Virus genome (UHGV): UHGV-0214148
Origin: a virus
DNA length: 64,000 nucleotides
Strand: one strand, 5' to 3'
Part shown: positions 45,867-54,671 of the stretch, piece by piece
How positions within the stretch are numbered: the stretch's first letter is position 1
How the letters are laid out: each line of letters starts with the position of its first letter
Position numbers and translations under genes: made by a program
Notes under the pieces: generated by a model
Databases searched by the model: none
What the model was told of the DNA's origin: nothing
What the model saw: the letters and a program-made list of their open reading frames with translations, nothing else

Positions 45867-46391
45867 TTAATGAGATAAATGACATGCGTATAATTGCGTC
45901 AGCACTTCGTTAGCGGCAAACTGCGTTGAGGTACTGAAGCAGTCATCCACGACGCGAGTCTTGGTACGCATATATTTAAAAAGTTCTGCGCAGAACATCT
46001 TTTTCGCAGCGTGGTCTTCACCCGAAGAAAAACCCGAACCGGACTTCGCTTCTGCAAATGACGCCACAATCGTATCACCACGTTGAGTAAACACCCAACG
46101 TACGCGACAAGGAATTGTTTCCCCATATAAATCGTCAAGGGAAACCTTTTCGCCTGATTCGACCAGACGTAACACCTGATCATAATATTTACCTGGAAGC
46201 ACAGGCGGAGCCATCAGTGCTTTATAAATAGCAGAACGACTTACTTCAGGTAAGATAATAGAACTGAAACCATTCGGACAGTCATATAACCAGTTAAAGA
46301 ACCCTGCCTGGAGCAATTCTATACTTTTAACGGCAGCGCCTTTATCTATGTTAGGTTGAACTTCCCACGGTGGACTAAAACGAATTTGCAT
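45867..46391 (-). CDS. hypothetical protein (174 aa)
   Basis: ORF track; 12 nt upstream of the 764-aa gene. Confidence 0.7.
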   Translation of the reverse strand: MQIRFSPPWEVQPNIDKGAAVKSIELLQAGFFNWLYDCPNGFSSIILPEVSRSAIYKALMAPPVLPGKYYDQVLRLVESGEKVSLDDLYGETIPCRVRWVFTQRGDTIVASFAEAKSGSGFSSGEDHAAKKMFCAELFKYMRTKTRVVDDCFSTSTQFAANEVLTQLYACHLSH

Positions 46392-46404
46392 TTAAGGATG
46401 CTCC

Positions 46405-47967
46405 ATGAATAACAAAATGATGTTGATAACCGCCTTAGCCACATTATACGCTGAAAGTCTTCTGACCGATCCTGAAAAGGACCACGACATCATAAGAAAA
46501 GTGCTGTTAGAGGCTAAGCTTCCTGATTACGCAGAAGAAGGTGACGAACGTGCCGCCCTCGTCGAAATCAAGGATATCATCACATCCATCATAGACGGCG
46601 GTATGCCTTACGACCACACAAACGTCATGAAACGTTTGAAACTGGCCACTACGCAAATACGTCCTCTATACGATACGATTACCAAATTCCTGGAAGATGA
46701 TATTCCAGAAGAACCAGAAGCACGCATCGAGCATCTTAATCGCCAAGTAGCACAATACTACTTTCAGTTACGTCAAGCTATTCAAGGCGTACAACTGAAA
46801 CAAAAATTGGGTCGTACGTTAGGCGCACTGAACGGCACTGAAACGCGTGTTGATTTACAAACGGCGCTCAACGACCTTAAGGATACCTTATCCACGTTCA
46901 GTGAACGCTCTCATAATAAGATTCCTTCTCTGGTAGGGGAATTGATTACTGACAATAAAGCACCCTTCGTACATGTATTCGACTCTATCAGTAAGAAAGC
47001 GGCAGGGAACGGGTTGCGTACGGGGTGGAAAGCAATTAACCAAATGCTTGGCTGTAACAAAGGGATCACTGAAGAACTCTGGCTGATGCCTGCTCTCCCC
47101 TTTAACTGTAAGTCATTATTCAGTTTATTGCTCTCTATTAGCATTCCTGTATTCAACACCCCAGAAAAGGTGATGGCAAATGTTAAAGGTGACTTACAAC
47201 CGGTTATTCTGGATTTAAGTTTAGAAAACGAATTAGATGTTAACTTGGCTTACGCGTATCAAGCACTTTACGGACACTTTGAAGGTACAGCTCCGGTAAT
47301 GGTTGCACCTGAAACGGCAACTGACGAAGAAAAAGCGCTACACAATGCACAAATGTCAGATTACCTCTGTAGTAAAATGCGGGCAAACGGTTGGGAGTAT
47401 ATTTTCCAAAAACACACAAACTCCGATTTTAAAATTCACTATTTGAATGATTTGATTTTAGATTTAAAACGTCGAGGTTATCATGTAGCTGGAATACGCG
47501 GAGACTATTTCGGTACTATCAGCAAAGCAGGACACGGTAACGGTATTGCGGGTAGTGACATTAAAGAAATTTATCGTATCGCGCGAAACATCCAAGTGGT
47601 ACGTAATCGTGGTTTCCTCTTAGCACCACACCAAATCTCACCAGAAGGCAAAAAATTAAAAGCACTCGACCCAGCAAGTTTCTGTAAGAGCTTACCTGGT
47701 CGTGGTCTTTACGACAACTGCTCTAGCTTAGACAACGAAGCTGACGGTGAGATGTATTTTAACAAACGTGTCGTCAGCGGACACAGCTATTTAGAAGTAC
47801 AACGCGGTAAACACCGTACCATTATTGACACCAAAGAAGCTTATCATTATACTGTAATACCTTTCCGCGATGTTGGCATTTTGCCATGGGATTGTGATAA
47901 AGAAGAAACTGTAACAGCCTCGTCGATTAACGTATTTACCGGCGGCATGGGTGACGAACTCTTTTGA
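46405..47967 (+). CDS. hypothetical protein (520 aa)
   Basis: Plus-strand ORF followed by plus-oriented terminators. Confidence 0.8.
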   Translation: MNNKMMLITALATLYAESLLTDPEKDHDIIRKVLLEAKLPDYAEEGDERAALVEIKDIITSIIDGGMPYDHTNVMKRLKLATTQIRPLYDTITKFLEDDIPEEPEARIEHLNRQVAQYYFQLRQAIQGVQLKQKLGRTLGALNGTETRVDLQTALNDLKDTLSTFSERSHNKIPSLVGELITDNKAPFVHVFDSISKKAAGNGLRTGWKAINQMLGCNKGITEELWLMPALPFNCKSLFSLLLSISIPVFNTPEKVMANVKGDLQPVILDLSLENELDVNLAYAYQALYGHFEGTAPVMVAPETATDEEKALHNAQMSDYLCSKMRANGWEYIFQKHTNSDFKIHYLNDLILDLKRRGYHVAGIRGDYFGTISKAGHGNGIAGSDIKEIYRIARNIQVVRNRGFLLAPHQISPEGKKLKALDPASFCKSLPGRGLYDNCSSLDNEADGEMYFNKRVVSGHSYLEVQRGKHRTIIDTKEAYHYTVIPFRDVGILPWDCDKEETVTASSINVFTGGMGDELF

Positions 47968-48070
47968 GTCTGGGGAGCTTCGGCTCCCCCTATAACCCCT
48001 TATGCGTCTCGGAAAGCAAAAAAAAACAGAAGACTATTAATTATGAATGGAAAACAACTACCGAACTAAG

Positions 48071-48100
48071 CAGGGGGTGGTAGCAACACCCCCTTTATTA
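48071..48100 (+). terminator. plus-strand terminator after 46405..47967
   Basis: GGGGGTGGT...ACCCCC + TTTATTA. Confidence 0.6.
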
Positions 48101-48109
48101 GTTAGTAAC

Positions 48110-48271
48110 TTATCTCCTTACAGGTGGTTGGTGAACATTGTGGTTGTTAACCGTTTTCGGTGCCGCAACGAGGCCGAGACGAACATATTCGTCCATGCGT
48201 TGGTTAAACTGAATTTGTTTCTCACGATTTCGCATCGCGGTATTGAACATCTGTATTTGATATTCGTTCAT
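48110..48271 (-). CDS. small protein S1 (53 aa), member of tandem small-gene array
   Basis: ATG with AAAGG RBS; weak similarity (Q-x-x-x-L-G motif) to S2/S3; below the ORF-track size cutoff. Confidence 0.45.
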   Translation of the reverse strand: MNEYQIQMFNTAMRNREKQIQFNQRMDEYVRLGLVAAPKTVNNHNVHQPPVRR

Positions 48272-48332
48272 TTTTCATTACCTTTCGTAATGTTGTAAAA
48301 ACGTCAACAACTTTATGTGTTGACACCGTACA

Positions 48333-48420
48333 GTAGAGACTGTTCCACCAGTCTCTACTGCTTTAACTTCTCTTTGGAAAAGTTAAAGCTAAGAAAAGGG
48401 GTGGTGAAGCACCCTTTTTT
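48333..48420. other. structured intergenic unit U1: variable 10-bp hairpin + conserved 31-nt box + terminator-like hairpin
   Basis: GTAGAGACTG-TTCCAC-CAGTCTCTAC, then TGCTTTAACTTCTCTTTGGAAAAGTTAAAGC, then GGGTG hairpin + T6. Confidence 0.6.
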
Positions 48421-48492
48421 ATACCTACGACCACCATCTCGGCAGGTTACTGTACGAGGAGGAGGGGCGCTGACACGCCCCTCCTTTATTTG

Positions 48493-48666
48493 TTAGTAGT
48501 GTTCACTCCTCTTTTCAGTGAATATCTGCGTGAAACGGTTGGTAGACGGTTTTAACCGTTTATCCATGCCGAGCTGACTATACTTGTAGATACGTTGCTG
48601 TAAATTGGTCTTTGCTGCACTCTGTTCTGCAAGCATTTTGTCAGTAAAGTAGTAACCATTGTTCAT
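48493..48666 (-). CDS. small protein S2 (57 aa), paralog of S3
   Basis: ATG with AGAGGG RBS; aligns with S3 (AEQ...QLG..KRLK.S.N....QIFTE.RS..Y). Confidence 0.55.
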   Translation of the reverse strand: MNNGYYFTDKMLAEQSAAKTNLQQRIYKYSQLGMDKRLKPSTNRFTQIFTEKRSEHY

Positions 48667-48728
48667 GGTAAGCCCTCTTTGTAGGGTGATTAAAGAAATC
48701 CACTACGGAAACGTGGTGGTGCTGTAAA

Positions 48729-48828
48729 GGGTACGCTGGTGCTACAGCGTACCCTGCTTTAACTTCTCTTTCGAAAAGTTAAAGCTATGTAAAGGGGTGT
48801 GACAGCACCCCTTTATTTTATTTAGTAG
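48729..48828. other. structured intergenic unit U2 (same architecture)
   Basis: GGGTACGCTG-GTGCTA-CAGCGTACCC + conserved box + terminator hairpin. Confidence 0.6.
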
Positions 48829-48992
48829 TTACTTCTCCTTTCGGTGAAGATCTGTACTCGAGGATTGTTAGAGGCTTTAAGCCTTTTATTTAATCCGAGT
48901 TGTTGAACCTCTCTTAGTCGTTCATTAAACCTCGCTTGTTCTGCATAGCTGTTTGAGATAGAAGTAAAGATACGTGTATTGTTGTTAGTCAT
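48822..48992 (-). CDS. small protein S3 (56 aa), paralog of S2
   Basis: ATG with GAGG RBS; conserved with S2 at protein level. Confidence 0.55.
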   Translation of the reverse strand: MTNNNTRIFTSISNSYAEQARFNERLREVQQLGLNKRLKASNNPRVQIFTERRSNY

Positions 48993-49020
48993 GTTAAAAC
49001 CTCACACGAGTTGGGGATTA

Positions 49021-49140
49021 AGCTATTACGTACCGGTAATAGCGACAAGTAGGGACTGTATAGGCAGTCCCTACTGCTTTAACTTCTCTTTCGAAAAGAT
49101 AAAGCGCCTATGGGGAGTGTTGGCGCATTCCCCCTTTAGG
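49021..49140. other. structured intergenic unit U3 (same architecture, preceded by 22-bp palindrome)
   Basis: GTAGGGACTG-TATAGG-CAGTCCCTAC (compensatory change relative to U1) + conserved box + hairpin. Confidence 0.6.
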
Positions 49141-49153
49141 TTGTTACCCCCTC

Positions 49154-49282
49154 TCAACTACCGACTGGGTGTTTCTTGGGTTGTGTTAACGTTGGTTGCG
49201 CTATTTCACTAACCCTTCGTTGAAATTCGAGCTGTTTTACGGACAACTCGTTTAACCGTCGAAACAACAGTTCATGTTTCAT
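49154..49282 (-). CDS. small protein S4 (42 aa)
   Basis: ATG with AGGAG RBS at 9-nt spacing. Confidence 0.5.
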   Translation of the reverse strand: MKHELLFRRLNELSVKQLEFQRRVSEIAQPTLTQPKKHPVGS

Positions 49283-49358
49283 GAACTTATCTCCTATGTT
49301 GAATTTGCGAAAATAAATAAAGTGTACCCCTAATCCCGAAAAGGATTAGGGGTTGCTT

Positions 49359-50174
49359 TTATTTAGTCGCTACGTATTGAACATGACCACATTCCTTACA
49401 TTGCACGTTGGCTTTCGGGATTGTCAGGCCGGTTAAAGGAACACGTATTTGGTACTGTGCTCCACATTCTTCACAAACAAAATCGTATTCTGGATAGACA
49501 CGACCTTTTAATTTCTCTTCTTTCCTTAGTGTGCCTGCTAAGAACAGCATCGCACCTAACGCTTCATTAATCTGCTGTTCCCATTCTCCGTCTAACGGGT
49601 AAGCGAACGCACGAGTCAACGTTTCCACCATCTCTGGAGCATTACTTACATAAACGTGTTTCAGTTCAAACTCAACACGCTGTAAGCCAAACAATACGCG
49701 CGCTGTTACTGTAACGTTATCTAATGTTTGTGCAAACACAACAGGATTATCGTCACCGTACATTGCGAATAACGCAGCACGTTCGTATTCGATATCACTC
49801 CACTCGATTAGTTCTACAGATTTAATCTCTTCCGCAATCGCTGCATTACCGAACGTTTCATGTTCCAATAATCCGACGATAACTTCATTCAACGATTTCA
49901 ATTGCTGTAAACGAATCACAGGATCGGTGTTCACGATAAGCAAACGATGCATTCTGGATTTCAACCAGTTAATCGTTCCTTCTACACCACCCCCAAACGA
50001 GCAGATGCTTATCACTTCAGGTTCGCGAAGGATAAGAGTGGATTTTCCTGCTGCCGTACTCAAGTAGAGTTTAAAAGACTTATCGCTGGACTCTACAACG
50101 ATGGCAATGTCTTCAGTTGGAACGAAGTTTTCATTGCTCAGTCCACGCGGAAAATAATCTTTAATGGTAATCAT
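49359..50174 (-). CDS. hypothetical protein with C-terminal zinc ribbon (CxxC-16-CxxC)
   Basis: CEECG...CKECG at the C-terminus. Confidence 0.75.
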   Translation of the reverse strand: MITIKDYFPRGLSNENFVPTEDIAIVVESSDKSFKLYLSTAAGKSTLILREPEVISICSFGGGVEGTINWLKSRMHRLLIVNTDPVIRLQQLKSLNEVIVGLLEHETFGNAAIAEEIKSVELIEWSDIEYERAALFAMYGDDNPVVFAQTLDNVTVTARVLFGLQRVEFELKHVYVSNAPEMVETLTRAFAYPLDGEWEQQINEALGAMLFLAGTLRKEEKLKGRVYPEYDFVCEECGAQYQIRVPLTGLTIPKANVQCKECGHVQYVATK

Positions 50175-50190
50175 CTTTTATGCTCCAATT

Positions 50191-50223
50191 AATAAAAAAA
50201 TTAAGGGCACCCGAAGGTGCCTT
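50191..50223 (-). terminator. intrinsic terminator after small lipoprotein gene
   Basis: AGGGCACC-CGAA-GGTGCCTT + T-run. Confidence 0.6.
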
Positions 50224-50228
50224 ATACA

Positions 50229-50372
50229 TTAACCACGACCAGTGCACTGTGCAACGGAATTACCGTTGTCGATGCAAGTGTCGTAGCCTTTGTCGATGTC
50301 CAGATACAGGCAACCCAGAACAACAGCGATAACAACAGCGAAGATAGCTTTTTTGTGTTTTACAGAAATCAT
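50229..50372 (-). CDS. small putative lipoprotein / membrane peptide (47 aa)
   Basis: MISVKHKKAIFAVVIAVVLGC... with lipobox-like VLGC; own promoter-like motif (50418..50443) and terminator (50191..50223); below ORF-track cutoff. Confidence 0.55.
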   Translation of the reverse strand: MISVKHKKAIFAVVIAVVLGCLYLDIDKGYDTCIDNGNSVAQCTGRG

Positions 50373-50417
50373 GATATAACTCCTAATTAAGTATTCGATA
50401 AATGAGTATTACGTAAA

Positions 50418-50443
50418 CTCTCACCTAGGTAATATATATCTGA
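50418..50443 (-). promoter_or_regulatory. conserved promoter-like motif copy 3
   Basis: Core CAGATATATATTACCTAGGTGAGAG upstream of small lipoprotein gene. Confidence 0.5.
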
Positions 50444-50559
50444 AATCTTTTTGAATCCATATACCCTCTAGAACGCTCTAAAACGCATTCTGACGCAATT
50501 TTCTTTTTAAAGGGTAATTAGTCGTCTTAGCGGTTAAATGACTTCTGCGTGTCGTTTAG

Positions 50560-50602
50560 GAATAAATAAAAGGTATTCCCGTTACCCATAGAGGTAACGG
50601 GA
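50560..50602 (-). terminator. intrinsic terminator
   Basis: TCCCGTTACC-loop-GGTAACGGGA + T-run. Confidence 0.6.
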
Positions 50603-50607
50603 AGTTT

Positions 50608-51414
50608 TTACAGACCTTGCATCTTATCCATTACAGCGATTTCAGGATCGTTAATGCCCGTCTTCGAAGAAATCATAAAGCGCTTATCGCTAATAGCTTC
50701 TACAGATTCGCGAATAAACAATGACTTTTCTTCCGCAACAGGGAGAATAGAATCGTTATCCTGCGGACCCACAAGCTGACAACTGAATGGCACATAGCTG
50801 TTGAAAGTCACATAAGGACCTAACTGCAAGACCGGATACACTTCATTAAAGTTATTTGATGTACCGCTGTCTGTAGAAATCACAGAATAGCGCACCACCG
50901 CACGAACCGCTGTTGTGTATTCAGGATCGCGGGCTTCACCCACCACGGTAAAACGAAACGCATTGAAGTCGTAGTCTTCCGACTCACTAAAGTGTGAAGG
51001 GAGAATACGTTCAATATACTGAGGATAGGTTTCTTGTTGCCCTGGAACAACCGCTGCAGCTAATTTCTGAGCATAGAAGTAACAATAAGCAAAGCCGTAT
51101 TGCGCTTCTAAAGCACCAGACACCACGGCGGTTGTGATCGCGTGCAGGAACAACAAATGGCCTAACGTCCCTTTTTCTTCGATTGGTAATAAGCGACAAT
51201 TCTGTACACCGTCTACGGTATAAATAACAGAAATCGTTTTGTCAGCACTGGACGCCATGATGTAGTCCAACTGGCGTTGTTCGCCACCAGGAATAACATT
51301 AAGGCAACGTTCTAACAACTTCGACGGTTTCGAAAAATTCTCTTCTTCGAACTTGTCGATTTGAATTAACGTTTGGCCAGACATTCTGAAAGTAAGTAGA
51401 TTACTCATTAACAA
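50608..51414 (-). CDS. hypothetical protein (268 aa)
   Basis: ORF track. Confidence 0.75.
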   Translation of the reverse strand: MLMSNLLTFRMSGQTLIQIDKFEEENFSKPSKLLERCLNVIPGGEQRQLDYIMASSADKTISVIYTVDGVQNCRLLPIEEKGTLGHLLFLHAITTAVVSGALEAQYGFAYCYFYAQKLAAAVVPGQQETYPQYIERILPSHFSESEDYDFNAFRFTVVGEARDPEYTTAVRAVVRYSVISTDSGTSNNFNEVYPVLQLGPYVTFNSYVPFSCQLVGPQDNDSILPVAEEKSLFIRESVEAISDKRFMISSKTGINDPEIAVMDKMQGL

Positions 51415-51440
51415 ATCCTTTAGGTTACGGACGACATAAT

Positions 51441-52760
51441 TTACGTAGCGGTTGTAAATTTTTCATTAGTCAACCACAACGTCAATTGACTAATGGTATT
51501 AAATTGTGGGGACGCCATCGAACCACCGTCAACGGCAGCTTGGAAAACTTCACCAACCAACGTCCCATAACGAGTGTATACACCGTAATTATTCGCATAC
51601 AGATATTTTACTGCCATACCCGGCTGCAATAAACCGTACGCTGAACGGTTCCAGGTCGTTGCGGTCAGTGTCCCTCTGGCGGCAGCCAACTTAGAACGAC
51701 GAGGCTTATCCGTGTCGCTGAAGTGCTCGTTTGGATCAATAGGTGCATTAACAACACCGCCGGGGTACTGTGTAGGGTCTGCTGCCGAAACAAACGAATC
51801 TGACGTCGTTGCTGAAACGTCGCCTGGAGAGAAAGAACTTGCACGTCCATCTAAGGCACGGATTGAACCCACACGGTAACCTGTTCCCTGATTTAACGCG
51901 AGGGCGTCTTTGTCTTCGAAGGTGTGAACATCGCCACCGCAAATCAGATAAATGACGTCACCTGCAATGTGACACGTTTTATCTAAATAGGCAACTTTCT
52001 CTCTTGGAAGGTTAATTACCACCAGTTTCTTTTTTGCCGAAGAGAATTTCTTAGAATCCCACGGTTGAAAGATATGCCAACGGTGTTTATACAAGAAGAC
52101 ACCTAATCCTTGACTATACACACCGTAGCGGTTCTGAATGAAATCGAAAACCGAAAGAAAACTTTGCGAATCGGGAATCAAAATGTCACGATAAGGCTGT
52201 TGTTCTTCTTCCTCGTATTCCACACCAACCAACTGACCTTCTGGTGCATCCCCGGTAGGTAACGTATCGGCAAGTAATGCACGAACGACACTTAATCCAT
52301 CGGTTTCGTGGTAAATCCCTCCTACCTGACGACAACGAAGGAACCACATCGATTCGTCCATCAGTTCCAACGTTACCACGCCCAACCCTTTTTGGTCAGA
52401 TTCACCCAAAAACATTGTAGGTGATTCCATATCAGGATCGTGGTTGTTAACCACAATTCCTCGGTAGTTCAGTTGCGCAATGGTTTTCTTGTTCATTGTC
52501 CGCATCAGGATTTTAACTGATAAATCCCCTTCTGCCGATGACGTAAGAATACGTTGCTGGCTCAGTGGAATCACCACACTGAGGTGCGTGATGGTCGTTA
52601 AATCCTGAGCGAAATTACTGGCATGGATTATCGACATGGTTTTGTAAACGTCAATCGTCACCCCACGGACCGTGATAAGGGGTACGTAGTCGATGGCCGG
52701 TAATCCCGCCGCTTGTGCAATGTGCACGTTTGCTATGTTCTGTAACCGACCAAACGACAT
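51441..52760 (-). CDS. hypothetical protein (439 aa)
   Basis: ORF track. Confidence 0.8.
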   Translation of the reverse strand: MSFGRLQNIANVHIAQAAGLPAIDYVPLITVRGVTIDVYKTMSIIHASNFAQDLTTITHLSVVIPLSQQRILTSSAEGDLSVKILMRTMNKKTIAQLNYRGIVVNNHDPDMESPTMFLGESDQKGLGVVTLELMDESMWFLRCRQVGGIYHETDGLSVVRALLADTLPTGDAPEGQLVGVEYEEEEQQPYRDILIPDSQSFLSVFDFIQNRYGVYSQGLGVFLYKHRWHIFQPWDSKKFSSAKKKLVVINLPREKVAYLDKTCHIAGDVIYLICGGDVHTFEDKDALALNQGTGYRVGSIRALDGRASSFSPGDVSATTSDSFVSAADPTQYPGGVVNAPIDPNEHFSDTDKPRRSKLAAARGTLTATTWNRSAYGLLQPGMAVKYLYANNYGVYTRYGTLVGEVFQAAVDGGSMASPQFNTISQLTLWLTNEKFTTAT

Positions 52761-53299
52761 TACAGAATTCCTCCACGTCTACGGTATATCTGTTCAATAC
52801 GGTGCATAATCGTATCGTTGAACTGATGCCGCTCTGTTTCCAATCGGACTTCGCCAAATAACGCTTGTACGGAAACCGCCATTGTTACTTCGGGTTTCTT
52901 AAAGTAACCGTAACGGTTCGCTACCGGGAACAGTTTACGCGCTAACGCATTAAACTGACGCAAGCCCTCCATAGGGACTTTACGTGTTGTCAGGTGTGGG
53001 GTCTGCATGTAATTTAGCCAATCAGCTAAGTGTTCCATGATATACCCGTACACGATGATCCCGTCATGTGGGTCGTGGACGTCTAACGCCGCGCCAGATT
53101 CTGCATAAACCGCAACTTCGAAAGGTCGCATGTATACAGTCTTTTTATTGAGCAGTATCGCGCGTGCTTTTTTCTCGTCTTCCGGTAAGAACAACCCATG
53201 TTCCTGAGACATGTACGTTGAAATCGTCGTCCATTCAGGGACACGCCATCCCACCCACTTGTGAAACAGCATAAATGCTGCGCTACGTTTTTCAGCCAC
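52760..53299 (-). CDS. hypothetical protein (start revised to GTG 53299 with GAGGGA RBS)
   Basis: ORF track start 53401 overlaps upstream gene by 100 nt. Confidence 0.6.
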   Translation of the reverse strand: MAEKRSAAFMLFHKWVGWRVPEWTTISTYMSQEHGLFLPEDEKKARAILLNKKTVYMRPFEVAVYAESGAALDVHDPHDGIIVYGYIMEHLADWLNYMQTPHLTTRKVPMEGLRQFNALARKLFPVANRYGYFKKPEVTMAVSVQALFGEVRLETERHQFNDTIMHRIEQIYRRRGGIL

Positions 53300-53300
53300 G

Positions 53301-54671
53301 TTAATCCCTCGCATACCGTAACAACAAATACACCATCGGAATGTAATAGAATTGCGCATCCTTCGGCAAACGGTAAACTTCTTCAAACAACCGTAATGCA
53401 ATTACCGTTGACAGTGGGCGTTTATTCAGATAGAGATATAAACCGTATTCTAATAACGAACTGTACGAGCCCTCGTAGAACGTTGGGCTTAACAAATACG
53501 GTTCGTAAGTCAGTGGTAGAAATGCAGGGATTGATTCGCCTTCATTACCCCGATAGTTCTCCACTTCAACCGGTTCAAACTCCGTCCACTTCGGCCACTG
53601 TCCAGGGAAACGTTGCGCCATCCCATAGCCCGGTTTTAATTCATCGGTAAAGAATCGGGTATCCGAAATTAATGACCAGGTCACAGAATTCCGATGCTGC
53701 ATCGTACGGAAGGTTTTTACCTGCCAGACACTGGAATCACGTTTATAATCCGCTAAGAACGTTGGCGATTGATTTAACAACGCTGTCCAGACCGTTTCAA
53801 TATCTTCCACACGCATTGGTGGGTGCGGATAGATTTGAATATCTTTACCGACAGTCCGTAAACCTACAGAACGTACAAACTGTGCTAAGAACACGTCGTA
53901 GTACGCGCGACTACGCAGCCCATCGCTGTGCCGATCGTGCGGGAAAAGCAACGTTGCCGTTTCCCCATCGTAAAACCGTTTTACGTAAGTCTGTTCAATA
54001 TCCGCAATCGCATCAACAACCTTCAAAAACGCACGGTATTCTTTCGGTGTCAGTAACGTATCACCGCCCGTCCAGGCACGTTCAGAAACGTAATAATACT
54101 CACGGACCGTACAACGGCGAATGGTTTCTGCAACTTCTGGATCAACTTCAAACAGCAGCGTATATTCAATGTTATACGTTGCAATTTTGTTATTGGACAT
54201 CCGCACGACGTTCGTGACATTGAACAACGCGAACCGTCCGTCTCCAATCGGGGCAACAAAAAAACACCCTTCGTTGGGAATCACCGAGTTCGCCATTGTT
54301 GCGGCACCGGACATGGTGAACGTTTTGTTTGTCGTGTCCTGAGAACGATCTAACGGTGTAGTAACCCGCAATTCTAACCCGATGATTTTCTCTACTTGCT
54401 GGTCAGGCGTAAGTACCTTCGAATCGAAGAATTTCTTCGCGTCGTTACGCCCTTTCAGGAAATTAAAGAAATCCACTGTCCAGGAAGACCCTTCCAGGTA
54501 CTTCATCAGGTACTGTTTCGGTATACGCTCTAAATCCGTCACCGTTGTACGTGTCGGTTGTGTCACCACGTTCGTGGTTTCTTTCACACCGTCTTGTGGT
54601 TTATTCAACTCAGGGATCGGGCGTTCCACCGGTTCGAAAGAAGACGGTTTATCACGCTTCGCTTTGAGCAT
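53301..54671 (-). CDS. hypothetical protein (456 aa)
   Basis: ORF track. Confidence 0.8.
   Translation of the reverse strand: MLKAKRDKPSSFEPVERPIPELNKPQDGVKETTNVVTQPTRTTVTDLERIPKQYLMKYLEGSSWTVDFFNFLKGRNDAKKFFDSKVLTPDQQVEKIIGLELRVTTPLDRSQDTTNKTFTMSGAATMANSVIPNEGCFFVAPIGDGRFALFNVTNVVRMSNNKIATYNIEYTLLFEVDPEVAETIRRCTVREYYYVSERAWTGGDTLLTPKEYRAFLKVVDAIADIEQTYVKRFYDGETATLLFPHDRHSDGLRSRAYYDVFLAQFVRSVGLRTVGKDIQIYPHPPMRVEDIETVWTALLNQSPTFLADYKRDSSVWQVKTFRTMQHRNSVTWSLISDTRFFTDELKPGYGMAQRFPGQWPKWTEFEPVEVENYRGNEGESIPAFLPLTYEPYLLSPTFYEGSYSSLLEYGLYLYLNKRPLSTVIALRLFEEVYRLPKDAQFYYIPMVYLLLRYARD

Noticed and set aside
43620-45878. Long plus-strand ORFs (43620..44747, 44820..45269, 45273..45878) antisense to the 764-aa gene
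   Set aside because: Artefacts of strong codon bias in the minus-strand gene (stop-poor antisense frames); no RBS, and they lie entirely inside a well-supported gene.
48047-48298. Plus-strand ORF 48047..48298 (83 aa)
   Set aside because: Spans a terminator hairpin and is antisense to small gene S1, which has an RBS.
48979-49212. Plus-strand ORF 48979..49212 (77 aa)
   Set aside because: Runs through the conserved structured unit U3 and its hairpins; no RBS.
47968-49358. Possible tRNA genes or a CRISPR array in the hairpin-rich low-coding region
   Set aside because: Hairpins lack tRNA features (no GTTCRA T-loop, no cloverleaf spacing) and the repeats are not regularly spaced short direct repeats with unique spacers.
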